A DNA stretch of 54,124 bases, filler included, from Catajapyx aquilonaris (taxonomy: Eukaryota): NCBI GenBank assembly GCA_000934665.2. It is 2 parts of 2 records of this genome, joined end to end, with 100 filler letters (N's around TTAATTAATTAA, not from the genome) between each part and the next. Parts side by side here need not be neighbours in the genome. Positions count along the whole stretch, not along the records: positions 1 to 27,058 come from JYFJ02005127.1; 1 more part is not named here. One strand, 5' to 3'. Every line of letters starts with the position of its first letter. Positions within the stretch are counted from its first letter, which is position 1. Shown one piece after another: positions 12,251-24,957 of this stretch. A model generated the notes under the pieces. That model was not told the DNA's origin and ran no database searches. It was given only the letters and a program-made list of their open reading frames with translations. The translations under genes and the position numbers were made by a program.

Positions 12251-13189
12251 ATGATGTACACTTTTTAGGAGAATGGGTAACCCCTTGCCGTATCCTAACC
12301 CTAACCTAACCTAACAGTGGGTTTCATACATAAGTCATATTCTATAAAGAATGTAGCTCCCAACCCAGCGCCAGAATAGATCCACGTCTCTATTGAACCA
12401 TTCTTTCCAATGTCTTCTGCTCAAAGAATCCATCGGTCACGTCCCAGGACCCCCTGAAACGAAGAATAAAACCGGACTCCCGTTTCCCAAGCTTATCTGA
12501 ACCCCAGTCGACTTTCCACGTTTTCAATTTCCCGCCCCTGTCCTCCCCACCGGGACGGGGAGGAAGGGGGCGAAATAATGGCGGCTTTTGTGCGACTTTT
12601 CGCCCCCACCCGGCCCCACCCGACCTACCCGGACCCCCCTCCCCCACCCCCCAAAAAATCCTGGGGGGTTGATATGCAAAAATGTCCATTGCTACTCTGG
12701 AGGATTCCCTGTATATGAACGATAGGTCCTTTATGCACCGTAAAGAATTCGGAGCTACAAAAGTGTACATTTTTTTCTGGAATATGGCGCTCAGGCATCT
12801 AAGACCAAGAATAGAAAGTGAGAAGAGTATTATAGTCGTGGGGAATCAAACTTTGGGTGGGGAGAGAAGAGACTGTCGAGACTGCTAATGGCCGGCTATA
12901 ACTTTTATTGGGGGGGGGGGGGGNGGGGGGGGGGAAGGAGGGAGAAAAGTTTTCCCTCCCCCTCCCCCCGGAAGATGGGGGAAGGAGGGGTAAAATGAGA
13001 TGATTTGGATCCCGACGGCGTTCAGGCCTCGGAAACTTGGGATCGTGTTTCTTGAGTGTCTCGAGTAAACGACTTTCTATCATCCCTCATCATATATTGG
13101 TCGTTGGGAAGTGGGGGAAGGAGGATATGGAGGGAGGGACGACAAAATCCGGAATCAAAAAAGCCTTGAGAATAGAAGGATTTGACATA

Positions 13190-13442
13190 TAGTGTTGGAA
13201 ATGAGTAAGGTAGCAGACCTGAAGTTCAAATTAGCCTCCAAGTGAGGTACAGGAAGTATCACATATCTTGGAGGCTGATTCGAGCTTCAGGTCTGCTACC
13301 TTATTCATTTCCGAGACTAGTCGGTTAAAGGAGTATCTTACCAGACCAGAGCAAGAAATTAGCCTCCAACACAGGTGCTGCCTCCCCATGATGTATTAAC
13401 TCTCACTCTCCCAGGCAGAACCTCTGTTGGAGGCTAATTTCT
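13190..13442. mobile_element. two adjacent related palindromes (13190-13319, 13354-13442), MITE-like
   Basis: GGAAATGAGTAAGGTAGCAGACCTGAAG...CTTCAGGTCTGCTACCTTATTCATTTCC, and AGAAATTAGCCTCCAACA...TGTTGGAGGCTAATTTCT. Both carry AAATTAGCCTCCAA. Confidence 0.7.
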
Positions 13443-13959
13443 AGGTGAGGTTTAGTAAGTTAACAGGCTGTCCAGGCCCGGATATAAGAAGGTTCGAACG
13501 TGCCCTGTTGTCTCCCCTGGCAATAGCAACCTGATTTGCTCTTAGGCACTCTAATAACAAATCAAGATTAAGAACAATTCACCGATTGTGTAATCTGAAA
13601 TTTTCTTAACGTTATTTTAAAATAAATAAATAATATTTTAAATAAAAGTAAATCCACATACATAACAGGCAAAGTTTGTTTGTTTGCTTGTTTATTTCTT
13701 TGTTCGCTCGTTTCATACCAATTTCATACCAATTTAGTACCAATTTTATAGTTATTTTTATACCTATTTCAAATCCATCTCTTGCCCTCAAACAAACAAA
13801 CAAACTTTTCCTTTTAACTTATATATGCAGATTGTTTGTTTGACTATTTTATACCCATTTCGTACCCATTTTGGGGGAAAGCCTATCATATCAGGAGACC
13901 GAATGTGGCAGGGGTAGGGGCACGCTGTACAAACCTTCCCCCATAACCTAAATATCGTT

Positions 13960-14085
13960 CCCGGTGAATCCGCACCTATCTTTCAGCGGATACACGCCTC
14001 CTATTCAGCGGATCAACGCTTATCAGCGGATACATGCGTGTTCTTCAGTGGAAACACACCTATCCTTCAGCGGATTCACGCCTAC
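13960..14085. repeat. diverged ~20-bp tandem repeat (TCAGCGGATACACGCCT-like, ~5-6 copies)
   Basis: TCAG(C/T)GGA recurs five times between ~13983 and ~14075. Confidence 0.8.
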
Positions 14086-14300
14086 GAAAGAAAGTAAAAG
14101 AGCAGGGTCTCCCGATATGAATGAGTAGCCCATTTCGATAACCCTGATGCGGACACAAATATGGCGCACATCCTCACCCAATCAAGGGGTTGCCACCGTT
14201 CCCTCAAATTAACGACCGCAATTTTTCTGGTCCGTTCCCCGGTTAAATGCACCGTACCGATGAACAGGAACGCTTCCAATCTGCCGATGACTTAGCTCCG

Positions 14301-14376
14301 TCCGACCCTTACCGTGAAGCTAATTATCCGGGATCGCTCATAATGGCGGATGAAGAAGCGTCTTCACGGTAGCGGA
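14301..14376 (+). ncRNA. pre-miRNA-like hairpin (unassigned)
   Basis: TACCGTGAAG/CTTCACGGTA 10-bp stem, inner TTATCCG/CGGATGA pairing, 16-nt loop and basal TCCG/CGGA extension. Matches no miRNA family I recognise. Confidence 0.3.
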
Positions 14377-15345
14377 TTCCATCGGGTAACTGATGGATCC
14401 AATAAAGTTGCGGACAAACTCAGCGTCATGCACACAGGGGTATGGAGACCATGATGTAGCAGCCATTTTGTGTCCTCTACCCCTTTTGTTCTCAACCCTC
14501 TTTATGGTCTAGGATTACTCTTATATATAGGGGGGGAAACGGAGCCTATTTCCAACCCTGCAAAATTACATCCCTAATTATCGCACTTTGGGAAAGATAT
14601 TGTCGTGCGGCTGGGCGGATGGCGAATTGTTGAGGGCGGAATATCTTCGTGGGTTGGAAGTGTCATTTTAGGGAGGAGGGGAAATGGCGAGAGGCGGAGA
14701 GGAACTCTGATTATTGGGACACTGGTGTTGGACAGTTTTTTTTATAGGACAGGACTTAAAGCCGGTTGTTTTCAGGGGGTTTGGGAGCATTTGCAGCTGC
14801 GGAGGACTGATTGTTGGGCGTTTGCAGGACTGTTGGGGAGATGCAGGTGCAGGGGGTTCTGATTGGCGATTTTTTTCACATGGAGGTTGATAGTATCGTG
14901 TTGTTCACCGGTAGCAGAGAAGGCATATGCCGTTGTAATAATTATGCCTATACAATGTTTAGTTAACCCTACTGATTATATAGTTGCACAAAAACCAAAT
15001 TTCGATAATTTTCTAACAGAATTGCTCGAAGCATTTTAAATTAATTTATGGATGATTAATATTATGTTTTTGACTTTCAACTATGTAAAATGCGAAGATA
15101 TTTAGCAAATTTAGCTAACCAAATATTGGCGTGATTTTTATTTAATTTTATTAATAATTTCATTCAGTGTGATATCGGCTATTATACTTACTCCCAAATT
15201 GCCAATTAACACTGGTTTGTTAATTAGCTGTCATAGATTATGCCCAAGTTCATTGCAAAATTGAGCATTTAATTGAATATTAATTTCTCTTCCACTAAGT
15301 AAACCAATAGAAATTTAGCCAATTAAAATTCCTATTTCATTCACT

Positions 15346-15580
15346 AATTTAGCTAATTTACTCATTCATAAAATAATTTAGCTAATTTACTCATTCACTA
15401 AAATAATTTAGCTAATTTACTCATTCACTAAAATAATTTAGCTAATTTACTCATTCACTAAAATAATTTAGCTAATTTACTCATTCACTAAAATAATTTA
15501 GCTAATTTACTCATTCACTAAAATAATTTAGCTAATTTACTCATTCACTAAAATAATTTAGCTAATTTACTCATTCACTA
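15346..15580. repeat. 30-bp minisatellite, ~8 copies
   Basis: Unit AATTTAGCTAATTTACTCATTCACTAAAAT. Confidence 0.95.
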
Positions 15581-15659
15581 CGATACCAATTTATTTAATA
15601 AAATTAATATGACTAATGATTTGCATAAATCGGGGGTATGCCACAGCTATTGGCACTCT

Positions 15660-15677
15660 CTCACCAGATGGCAGCAC
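15660..15677 (+). promoter_or_regulatory. CTCF-like motif
   Basis: CTCACCAGATGGCAGCAC matches the CCACCAG(A/G)(T/G)GGCA/CGC core. Confidence 0.5.
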
Positions 15678-16204
15678 AAGACAACATTGTTGCACACGCC
15701 TCCGTACTAGTATTAGCCACCATTTTCCCCCAGATAAAACCCCATGTCGCATGTACATTGTCAACAGAACCGGTCCTATTGCCAATTACCTCCAAACAAG
15801 CTTGCCTCTTTTGACCGCAACCCCCCCGGATAATTGCAGTGATTTTTTGGCAAAATAAGAGTAATATCCGGTGCCTGTTATAGCTTGTTGATACGGTACC
15901 CCCTCCCTCCCCCTCGCCCCCTTCCCCTCATCCCACGTGCTATTGAAAAGGGGGTGTTGATCAGTCTATCGATCGCTCCCTCAATACTCTGGGAATTAAT
16001 TGCAGCAACCCCTGGGGGTGGGTTATACGCCTTTTCATTATGGACAATCTGCATTGCGGGACCAGCCCAAGCCAACTTCACAGCTCAAAATCTTGGGATC
16101 ATTCAAACTCCTCTAAGCGTAACTGTTAATAATAGCTATTATGCAACAGCTGACGCTGACGATTGCCAATTCGTTACTGCTAAAAGAGTTAATGACAGTT
16201 GATT

Positions 16205-17100
16205 TGTAACTGTTAATAGCTAAGAATGAGTGTTGATAATAGCTAATATGTAACTGTTAATAGCTAAGAATGAGTGTTGATAATAGCTAATATGTAACTG
16301 TTAATAGCTAAGAATGAGTGTTGATAATACTAATATGTAACTACTAGTTGTAGCTAATATGTAACTACTTGTTGTAGCTAATACGTAACTACTAGTTGTA
16401 GCTAATATGTAACTACTAGTTGCAGCTAATATGTAACTACTAGTTGTAGCTAATATGCAAGACTAGTTGTAGCTGTAAACATCTAACTGCTAGTTGTAGT
16501 TAATATGAAATAATTATTATTAACACTAGCTTATATGTAACTATTCATATTACGATTATAAATAACAACTAATACATAACTGCTAATAATAGCTAACAAT
16601 ATATGCTAAAATAGCTGTTTCGTAACTGAAAGCAGTAGCTAACAATATATGCTAAAATAGCTGTTTCGTAACTGATAGCAGTAGCTAACAATATATGCTA
16701 AAATAGCTGTTCCGTAACTGATAGCAGTAGCTAACAATACATGCTAAATTAGCTGTTTCGTAACTGATAGCAGTAGCTAACAATATATGCTAAAATAGCT
16801 GTTTCGTAACTGATAGCAGTAGCTAACAATATATGCTAAAATAGCTGTTTCGTAACTGATAGCAGTAGCTAACAATATATGCTAAAATAGCTGTTTCGTA
16901 ACTGATAGCAGTAGCTAACAATACATGCTAAAATAGCTGTTTCGTAACTGATAGCAGTAGCTAACAATATATGCTAAAATAGCTGTTTCGTAACTGATAG
17001 CAGTAGCTAACAATATATGCTAAAATAGCTGTTTCGTAACTGATAGCAGTAGCTAACAATATATGCTAAAATAGCTGTTTCGTAACTGATAGCAGTAGCT
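16205..17100. repeat. compound minisatellite: 44-bp x~3, 24-bp x~7, 46-bp x11
   Basis: 44-mer starts at 16205, 16249 and 16293. TAATATGTAACTACTAGTTGTAGC units at ~16331-16500. AGCTAACAATATATGCTAAAATAGCTGTTTCGTAACTGATAGCAGT from 16591 to ~17097. Confidence 0.95.
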
Positions 17101-19499
17101 AATATGTAGCTGTTAGCAGTCTATTATTAAAGGACGAGCTGATATACATGTCTATTAATAGCAGCTGATATCCATGTCTATTAATAATAGCAGTTATTCA
17201 TGGCTTAATAGCTAATAACTAATATGGATCCAGTTTCAACTTTCAACCCTAGTGTCCGTGGTGAGTTTCACCATCACCAGTGACAATAAGCGGTCCTGCA
17301 TGAGGTTGACCTACCCGAAATATACCGATACTCTGGCATTGCCCTACATGAAATCCACTTTGGCCAAACAAGCGGGGTCCGGTTTTTCCTCCCCCTGGAA
17401 AATGTTTGCCGACCGGATAGTCCCTCAAGTTGCACAATCAAGTCTGAAGGTCCGTTGAAAACTGCTGTTGCTCTCCTCCAAAACCTCCCCCCTTCGCCCC
17501 CTTCGCCCCCTCCAACTTTGCCCCGGGTGCAAGTACAGTATATCTTCCGTCAGAAGCATAGCCCCGGAGCAATTTCAACGTACAAACCACATGGGTCTCG
17601 AGCAAGGGAGGGGGTTACAGGCAAAACGAAAATCCGGGGGGCGGAAACCGCCCCCTTTCGCCCCCCTCCCATAAAAGGCTTCTCTCCTTGGAGGCGGCCG
17701 TATTTCAAGCCCCGGATAAGAGTTACAGGCCTATCCTCCGTAAGGGGGCGCCAGCTCTAATCAACATTTAATTTCATGAAAAGGTTTAGAGGGGAGGGGG
17801 TGGGGAGGGAAAGGAGGGCCTTTTGTGGGCTGGACGGAAATACCGGTGCTAAAATCACAGTTACACGAGTAGCGTTTGTGTAGTCGGTTAGGGCTTTACA
17901 AATTTCAGGGAATTTGATTCATTAGAAATTTAATTGTGGTGAGAGACGACAAAATGTGTGCATAGCCTCCATATAGTTCTTATATCTTTAGTTAATCTCA
18001 AGTAGACATTTCAACCCTCAATTGCATCACAATCTTTGAAAATTTGGGATTTTCGCTAAAATCGATTCAAAATTTTTGAAGAGAGAGGAAATGTGGGAAG
18101 ACATCTGTGCAGTGTACAACATTAATTTATCTAGTTAGCTAAATATTAATATATAGTGTCTAAAATGTGGTGAATCTGGAGTAAACATTTCAACGCTCAA
18201 TTTGAGCACAATTTAAAAAATTTAAAAAATTTAAAACCTTCGCAAAAGTCGGGTTGAATATTTTGGACGCCATTTTGAATCCAAAATTGTACAATTTTCA
18301 AATTTTAAGTCCGGCCATCTGAAAGCCCATTTAATGTTCCTTCCGACGCTTCAACAATGGTTATGACAGCTATTATAATTTTAGAGTTATCGTTCTTTAA
18401 CTACGCTCGCGCCGACCTTGAAAACTTACCGGTCTTTCCCTGCACTATATTCGTGGGTCCTACTTTCTCCTAGTCCCCCCCAGGGGAAGGATCCTCATTG
18501 TTTACGAGGCACACCACGCAACAGATGCAATCTTCGCATCATGCATCACAAAGCGCCATAGTTGGAAAAGCTAGTTAGGCATTGTGTTTCGGAGCGTAAG
18601 GACTAGGAGGCTCGATAAGTGGTGTGCGTGCGACCTGTCAGGGCCATACCCCTCTAAAACTTTTGGAGGGACCTAATTAAAGCTGAGTTTTAAACCTACC
18701 CAATATTGTGTAGCAACAATCCTCAGGTTGGATTGTTGAGCCTCTTGCATTAATATTTTGTAACGTAATATAAGCATGGAGGGATGTTGTTACGCGCACT
18801 GTAGTTTCGTAATGAATAACATTGCACCAAGGCTAATTAGAATGCCCGGTAACTAGTTACTCCAACGTAAATAAGCTTCAGCGACGGGTAATTAATTAGG
18901 GTGAAAGTTGTGCGTGACGGTATGTCGTGGGCGACCATATTGTTCAAAGGCAGGTGCCACCCACTACGGACAACCCTCTATAAGACCGTTGACGCAACCT
19001 CAAAATTTTAATAATTAAAAAATTTCTTCAACAGCTACTGTATTTTAATGGAATAAAAATAGCGATTTAATCCTCAGTGAGTTTGATAAAGTTAATCGAA
19101 AAAAGACTTTAAATTTTTGTGATCGGATTAAAAAGTAGTGAAATTATTCTACAGGGTGTGTCAATCTTCATGTAAAATGTTTCGCTCCCACCTGCGCCTC
19201 GGGGCCAATAAATAACAGCGTCCCCTTCTCGCTTGTCCTAGAACCAGATTTATCGGAGATGGAATTGAGAGCCCAAACCAAAAACCCTTGAAAAGACTCA
19301 GTCAAAAGCTGGTCGAAAATCCAATTTTCTGTAAAAAAAAATGACAAATCATACTAATTGGACATGAAGTGCACGTAATACTGTATAAGTCTCAATTAAT
19401 TTTAAGAAGGCAAAAGTTTGTCTCTAAGCTGCTTATTATTAGGTATTATATGGGCATAATAACTGCTATTTGAACTTAAGCATCCTTGTGGGCCACTAG

Positions 19500-20110
19500 A
19501 AATGATTACCTTGACCTTTGACTTGAGCAGTTTGAAGGAAACCCTCGCAGAATCATATTTTTGCTGAAATATATCGAACTAAGAATAGAAAAAAAAATCG
19601 AACCACATTGTGGCTGACTCCTTAAAGATTACTTTGACCTTTGACCTCGAACGTCACAGCTAGAACTTCGCAGAATCAAAAAATTTCGCACAAATATATC
19701 GATCGGAAAATATCGAACCAGATTGTGGCTCATAACTGCTTGAGAATCACCTTCACCTTTGACCTCGAACGTTACAAGTATATCCTCGCATATTATTTTT
19801 GACCAAATATGTCGATTTAGGAATAGAAAATATCTTACCACATTGTGGCTCTTATTCCTTGAGGATGGCCCTGACCTTTGACCTCGAACGTCAATAGTTT
19901 CAAGTAAATCCTCGCATAAAAAATTTCGCAATAAAGTCGCTTTAGCAATAAAATATATCTAACCAGCTTATGGCTTTTAACTGCTTGATGATGACCATTG
20001 ACCTGTGACCCAGAACGTCAGGTAGTTTCAAGTAGATCCTAGCAGAATTAAAATTTTGCACAAATTGATCTATCTATGAATAGAGAAATATCGAACCAGA
20101 TTGTGGCTCT
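19500..20110. repeat. diverged ~120-bp tandem repeat, 5 copies
   Basis: Each unit has TGACCTTTGACCT-like, CCTCGCA, and AATATCGAACCAGATTGTGGCT-like blocks. Confidence 0.85.
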
Positions 20111-21116
20111 TAACTCCACCATTTTGTATCCACATCACGTCCCATGTTCCTTCCGCCGAATCCAACCAGATGTCGCCCCAAACCACACCAGGTCATTCCC
20201 ATCGGGCAGGTCAAGCAGTAAATAATCTTAGGTGTCACCTGACCCATACCTTGCGACACCCTTGCTCGTTGAGAATGCAAGGTACGACACCTTGTTTTCT
20301 TGTCCTGAATGACGAATGGCGTCTGTCCCTCCCCGCTCCCCGCCACCCCCTACTTTTACGCCTGCCATCCGCAGTGCATTATGGTCCTGCCAATAGGCCT
20401 TCATCTTCTTTTAAGGAGTTTGTCGTCGACGTTGCGGCAAAGGTCTCTAGGGGTATGGGGGGGGGGGGCACCGCATTCGGGGGAAGGTTGAGACATGGCT
20501 CCTCCCACTGATGATGCTTCGAGGGTCTTTACAACCTTTGGTTCCTTCTTCTTCTCATACCCCCAGGAGAACGATAGTCTGTCCCCGTTTACGCTTCATT
20601 TGTCACACGGAATTTACGAGGTGTTTCTTTTGATTTTCGGGAAGGTTTACGAGTTGATTGGTATTCCTGGGAGACGCCTGGGGGTGATTAGACACTTGGA
20701 TTCAAAATGGATGCCTGAACGTGTTATAGCGAGCTACAATCAAAATTACATGGATATTTGCGACTTCTCGCAAGCTTGTAAACCCAGCGAGATTACCAAG
20801 CTTGCGAGAAATGGATGCTGCGAAAGCGTGAACGAACCCAATTATATTAGATTCGTTCACGCTTTCGCCACTGTCGCTTCAATTGACCATTATATTATAA
20901 ATTTTAGGGGTCGGAAACGCACCCGCACCGAGTCACTCCGCCGCGTGTCGCACGCCTCTTGCACACTGCCTGCCGCAAACTTGAAAGGGGCGTAACTCGG
21001 TGAAGCCGCATTTCCGATGCCTAGTTCCTTATGCAAAAATGCTCATACCTGCGCCCTCTACCACCACCTTTTCTGGTGACACGCTTAGGATTAACACCCT
21101 GTATATCTGGCAAATG

Positions 21117-21248
21117 TGTCGCCCCCTAACGGCCACACTCCTTGTCCTTACAGCAGCGCCTCTGATAGCCATCTTTCTAACTACTCGCAGCGCAGCTCCC
21201 CCTAGTGGGTTCCCGCCCAACTTCCCTCCACCAGCGCCTCTAGCGGCC
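21117..21248 (-). promoter_or_regulatory. array of four co-oriented CTCF-like motifs
   Basis: TGTCGCCCCCTAACGGCCA (21117), CAGCGCCTCTGATAGCCA (21154), CAGCTCCCCCTAGTGGG (21193), CAGCGCCTCTAGCGGCC (21232). Confidence 0.5.
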
Positions 21249-21932
21249 TCATTTTCCAATACAACCAAAAACATCCAAACTGTGAACTTCCTCTAGGTCT
21301 GGGGGACATTCCCCGGCTGGCCAAAAGCAATCGCTCATCTTGGAGAGCGAGCTAGGCCTAGTCTGGAGAATTTTCCCTCGGGGGTGTCGTTGATTGATAC
21401 CGTCAGTTGTGCAACTTCAAGGAGGAAAAGAGGGGAGAGGAGGAGTAGGGAGGAAGCGGGGAGGAAGGAAGGAAGACGTCGCGATGTTTCATTATGAGTG
21501 GCTGCTCTAGGGGAAGAAGGGGGGGGAGGGGGGGGGGGCTCAACTTATTACCATTTAATTTCTGGGCGGAGGAACCTGGGGGAAAGCGGGGGGTGGAAGA
21601 TGGTGGGAGGGGGGAGGGAGTAAAAGTTGAAATGAAACTTGGGTCACACGACGACTGTCGGAAACTCATTAAGATAATGAAGACAGCGCGACACAGCCTC
21701 TGAAATAATGCTCGCTGCCGACATTTTGAAGAAAATGACACGACTCATTGCGAGGAGTAATGCTTGGCGGCCATCTTGGGGGGGGAGGGGGGGTTATGTG
21801 TTTTGATGTACAGTACACTACACCAGGAGGATATACCGACATGCCGTCATAAACCGGGGTCATGCAAGTTTTGTCTACATTTTACATATTTATATGTTCA
21901 GAATATTTCTAATTAGAACAATAAGAAGAAGA

Positions 21933-21957
21933 AGTAGTAGTAGTAGTAGTAGTAGTT

Positions 21958-22008
<51 letters not shown>
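21933..22008. repeat. (TAG)n microsatellite
   Basis: Direct reading; one TTG interruption. Confidence 0.95.
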
Positions 22009-24896
22009 AAAATTACTCTCAAATACTCTCAAAGCATAGGCTCTTTGTACTAATATTAGGTTAAATTATTAGAGGTCACTGCAATCCAATTCTACCGGGC
22101 AATGACCTAGGTTGACCTCCATGCATCTGAGGTTAATAGTTCAAATTGTTCTTCTGTACCGGTACTAGAGTAGTTTGAAAATTTTATTAGTTCAACTAAT
22201 ATTTGAATATAATATTTTGTACCTGTTATAAGAGTAGCTGTTTGTAAGTAGCTGCTTAATAATAAACGAATCGTGAGTTTTGTTGGGGTATGGCCCAGTT
22301 TGAACTACATGCATCTGAGGTCAATATTTCAAACTATCCTTCTGCATACTCGTTTGAAAAATCTGAGTTCAATATATGAAGCTAATATTTTGTAACTGGT
22401 ACAAGTAACTGCTATGATGAGTTTTGAAGAATGGTCCAGTTTGACCTCCATGCCCTTGAGATCAATATTTTCATCCGTTCTGCACATTATACTTACTAAT
22501 ATTAGGAGCTAATATGTTATATCTAATAAAACTAACTATTAGAAAGTAGCTGTTTAATAGCATATTAGTGCCAAAAATTGTTATAACTGGTATTAGAACA
22601 CGATATAGCATATTTATGCGTATGTACCTTGTACACATGAATACGCACAAAAATTGGGAATCACAATCCCCCAAAATTTGTGTTAGGTCAAGGTTCAGAT
22701 CCAGGTCAAACGAGAGGGGAAAAATCTGGGTTAGATCGATCGATCGTCATGGATATTAATCAATTCACCCCAGTTTCTCCAGCATTGTAGAAGCATCTGG
22801 GATAAGGAAATGTCACGAAGGCCTGCGACACTTCCATTGAAGCGTGCCCATTTCTCTTGCGTGACCTTGACCCGACCTGACCTCTCCTTCTTTATTGACC
22901 CAAACTCAATTTTGGCTCGCGGAGAGAGGGAAAAAAAAGTCGTGGCCCAAAATGGCATAGTTTGCAAGTCGGTGGTAAATAAGAAGGAGGCGCTGCAAGT
23001 ATGGGGTCATAAAAACTGTTGGAAAAAAAATGGCTGAAATTTTGGGAGAAAACATAAAATTGGGTCTACCTCCAACTCGGCCAAATTTTGGTTCACATGC
23101 TGGATAAACATAAGCGAGCGTGTGGGTACAGCGAGCTGTCAAAACACGCCCAAAACTGGCGTAAAAAAAGCACCCGTGTGACATTATTTCCGCCATTTTT
23201 GAAGACTATAATTAGAATTTTTAATGATTTTAAAAGAGCCAGGGACTTACATAAGGCATCAAATTTAGAATCAGAAAATAACGAAATAATATCAACCCTT
23301 TAAAAAATTAGATTCAATGCCAGAAAAGTTAATGAAATTTAAATACATGAAATGAAAAGATATGTAAATAAATATAAGGTATAAAAATAAAAATATGTAC
23401 ATATGAATATAAATAAAATAAAAGGTATAGTACATAAAAATGTGTACATATGAATATAAATAAAATAAAATAAAATAAAAGGTATAAGTAAATAACAAAA
23501 ACTTGTAATAGACTCTAAGAAAATAAAACGATTTATATCTAGCATATTAAAACTAAGGTAAATAACAATTAATTAAATTAATAAGTAATCCGATATAAAA
23601 TTAAATTAATACCAATATTCAATTCTATGATAAAGTAATATAAATTAAACATTTCATAAATAAGGAACATATAATATTGTAAAAGTCGAAACATGAACAC
23701 AATAAACACTAGAGATGTAAAATATTCAAAATTTAAATACAAATATCTAACATCGGTAAAATTTCCAATATTTCGATACTCAAACTCTAACAGTAAAAAT
23801 GACTTACGGTATTCACTTTTGTAAAAAAAAAAAATTGCGAATTTCCATAGGGCGAATTTGCATCGGGCGAATTGGTATGATACCGTTCGTTCGCCATGGT
23901 ATATAATATTGTATATTTTTGTGGCAAAAAAAAACAACTTCAACTGTGAAATCACAGACGTTCGCTCCAAAAAAAATCATGCTTTTTTTTCAAAAAAAGA
24001 CGGGGGGAAAAAAACCTCGTCCCCGGTACAAACGAGTCTTTGTAACTGTTGACTGTACCGTTTAAACGAAAGCCGAACCCGAATTGATAAATTGGGCAAA
24101 CTTTTTCCTCCGGAATTCTTAATTGGCCTTCTCCAAACTCAGCCTAGGGGATTTCCATTGGAAACACCTCGTTACCGTTTTCCGGGTTTCAGAGGGAGGG
24201 AGGAAGGGGGTGGAGAAGCAGGGAGTGGGGTTTCTTCAAATGGGACCATTTTTTGGTTGGATGGAACATTTCCTCCTGTTATTCCCTTGGAAGAGAGAGA
24301 AAAAAAAAGATGAGGATCTTTTGAGGGTTCATTTGGTTAATAACGTCGACAATTAAAAAATTAACAATTAAAAAGTGGTGTCGGAACATTGTTGGTAGCT
24401 GTACAGTACTTAGGTGCAATATTGTAACATTATCTGTAAGCAAATGCAAAGTTATTTCTCAAATTTTGTTAAAGAAATTCTAGTACAGTATTTTTGAAAA
24501 TTTGTGTAATTTCACTTTATAAATATTTTGAGTTCCTTTCGACACAACTAAAATTTCCCCTCCTAAATGAGTAAAAACCTGTTTTTACTTGTTATTTTTG
24601 TTTTATTTGGGGTTTTTTTCGTTTGCGAATTTCGAAAAATATTTTGAGTGCGCTCTAAATTGAATAACATTTAAATATTACAGCGAAGTTATGTTCAATT
24701 AGGGTCATTTTAACTAAACTGAAAATTGAACTCTCTCAATTTTTGCTTTTATTCAACTTGAAATTGCATTTTCTCACTTACTCCATAATGTCTCATTTCA
24801 GGCTGAATAATTTGAATCATTTTTAACTCAACTGGATATTGAATTTGCTCAATTTCTGCTCAATTTGAGTAATAAATTTTTACCGCAACTTGAAAT

Positions 24897-24904
24897 TATA
24901 TATA

Positions 24905-24953
<49 letters not shown>
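24897..24953. repeat. (TA)n microsatellite
   Basis: Direct reading. Confidence 0.95.

Positions 24954-24957
<4 letters not shown>

Noticed and set aside
12390..13083. Pro/Gly-rich ORFs in G/C-run DNA (also 17455-17760, 20101-20995, 21403-21741)
   Set aside because: Explained by homopolymer G/C tracts; no domain or splice-consistent structure.
21117..21248. Repeat-spacer periodicity reminiscent of a CRISPR array
   Set aside because: Repeats are short and degenerate, the context is animal DNA with spliceosomal introns, and there are no cas genes.
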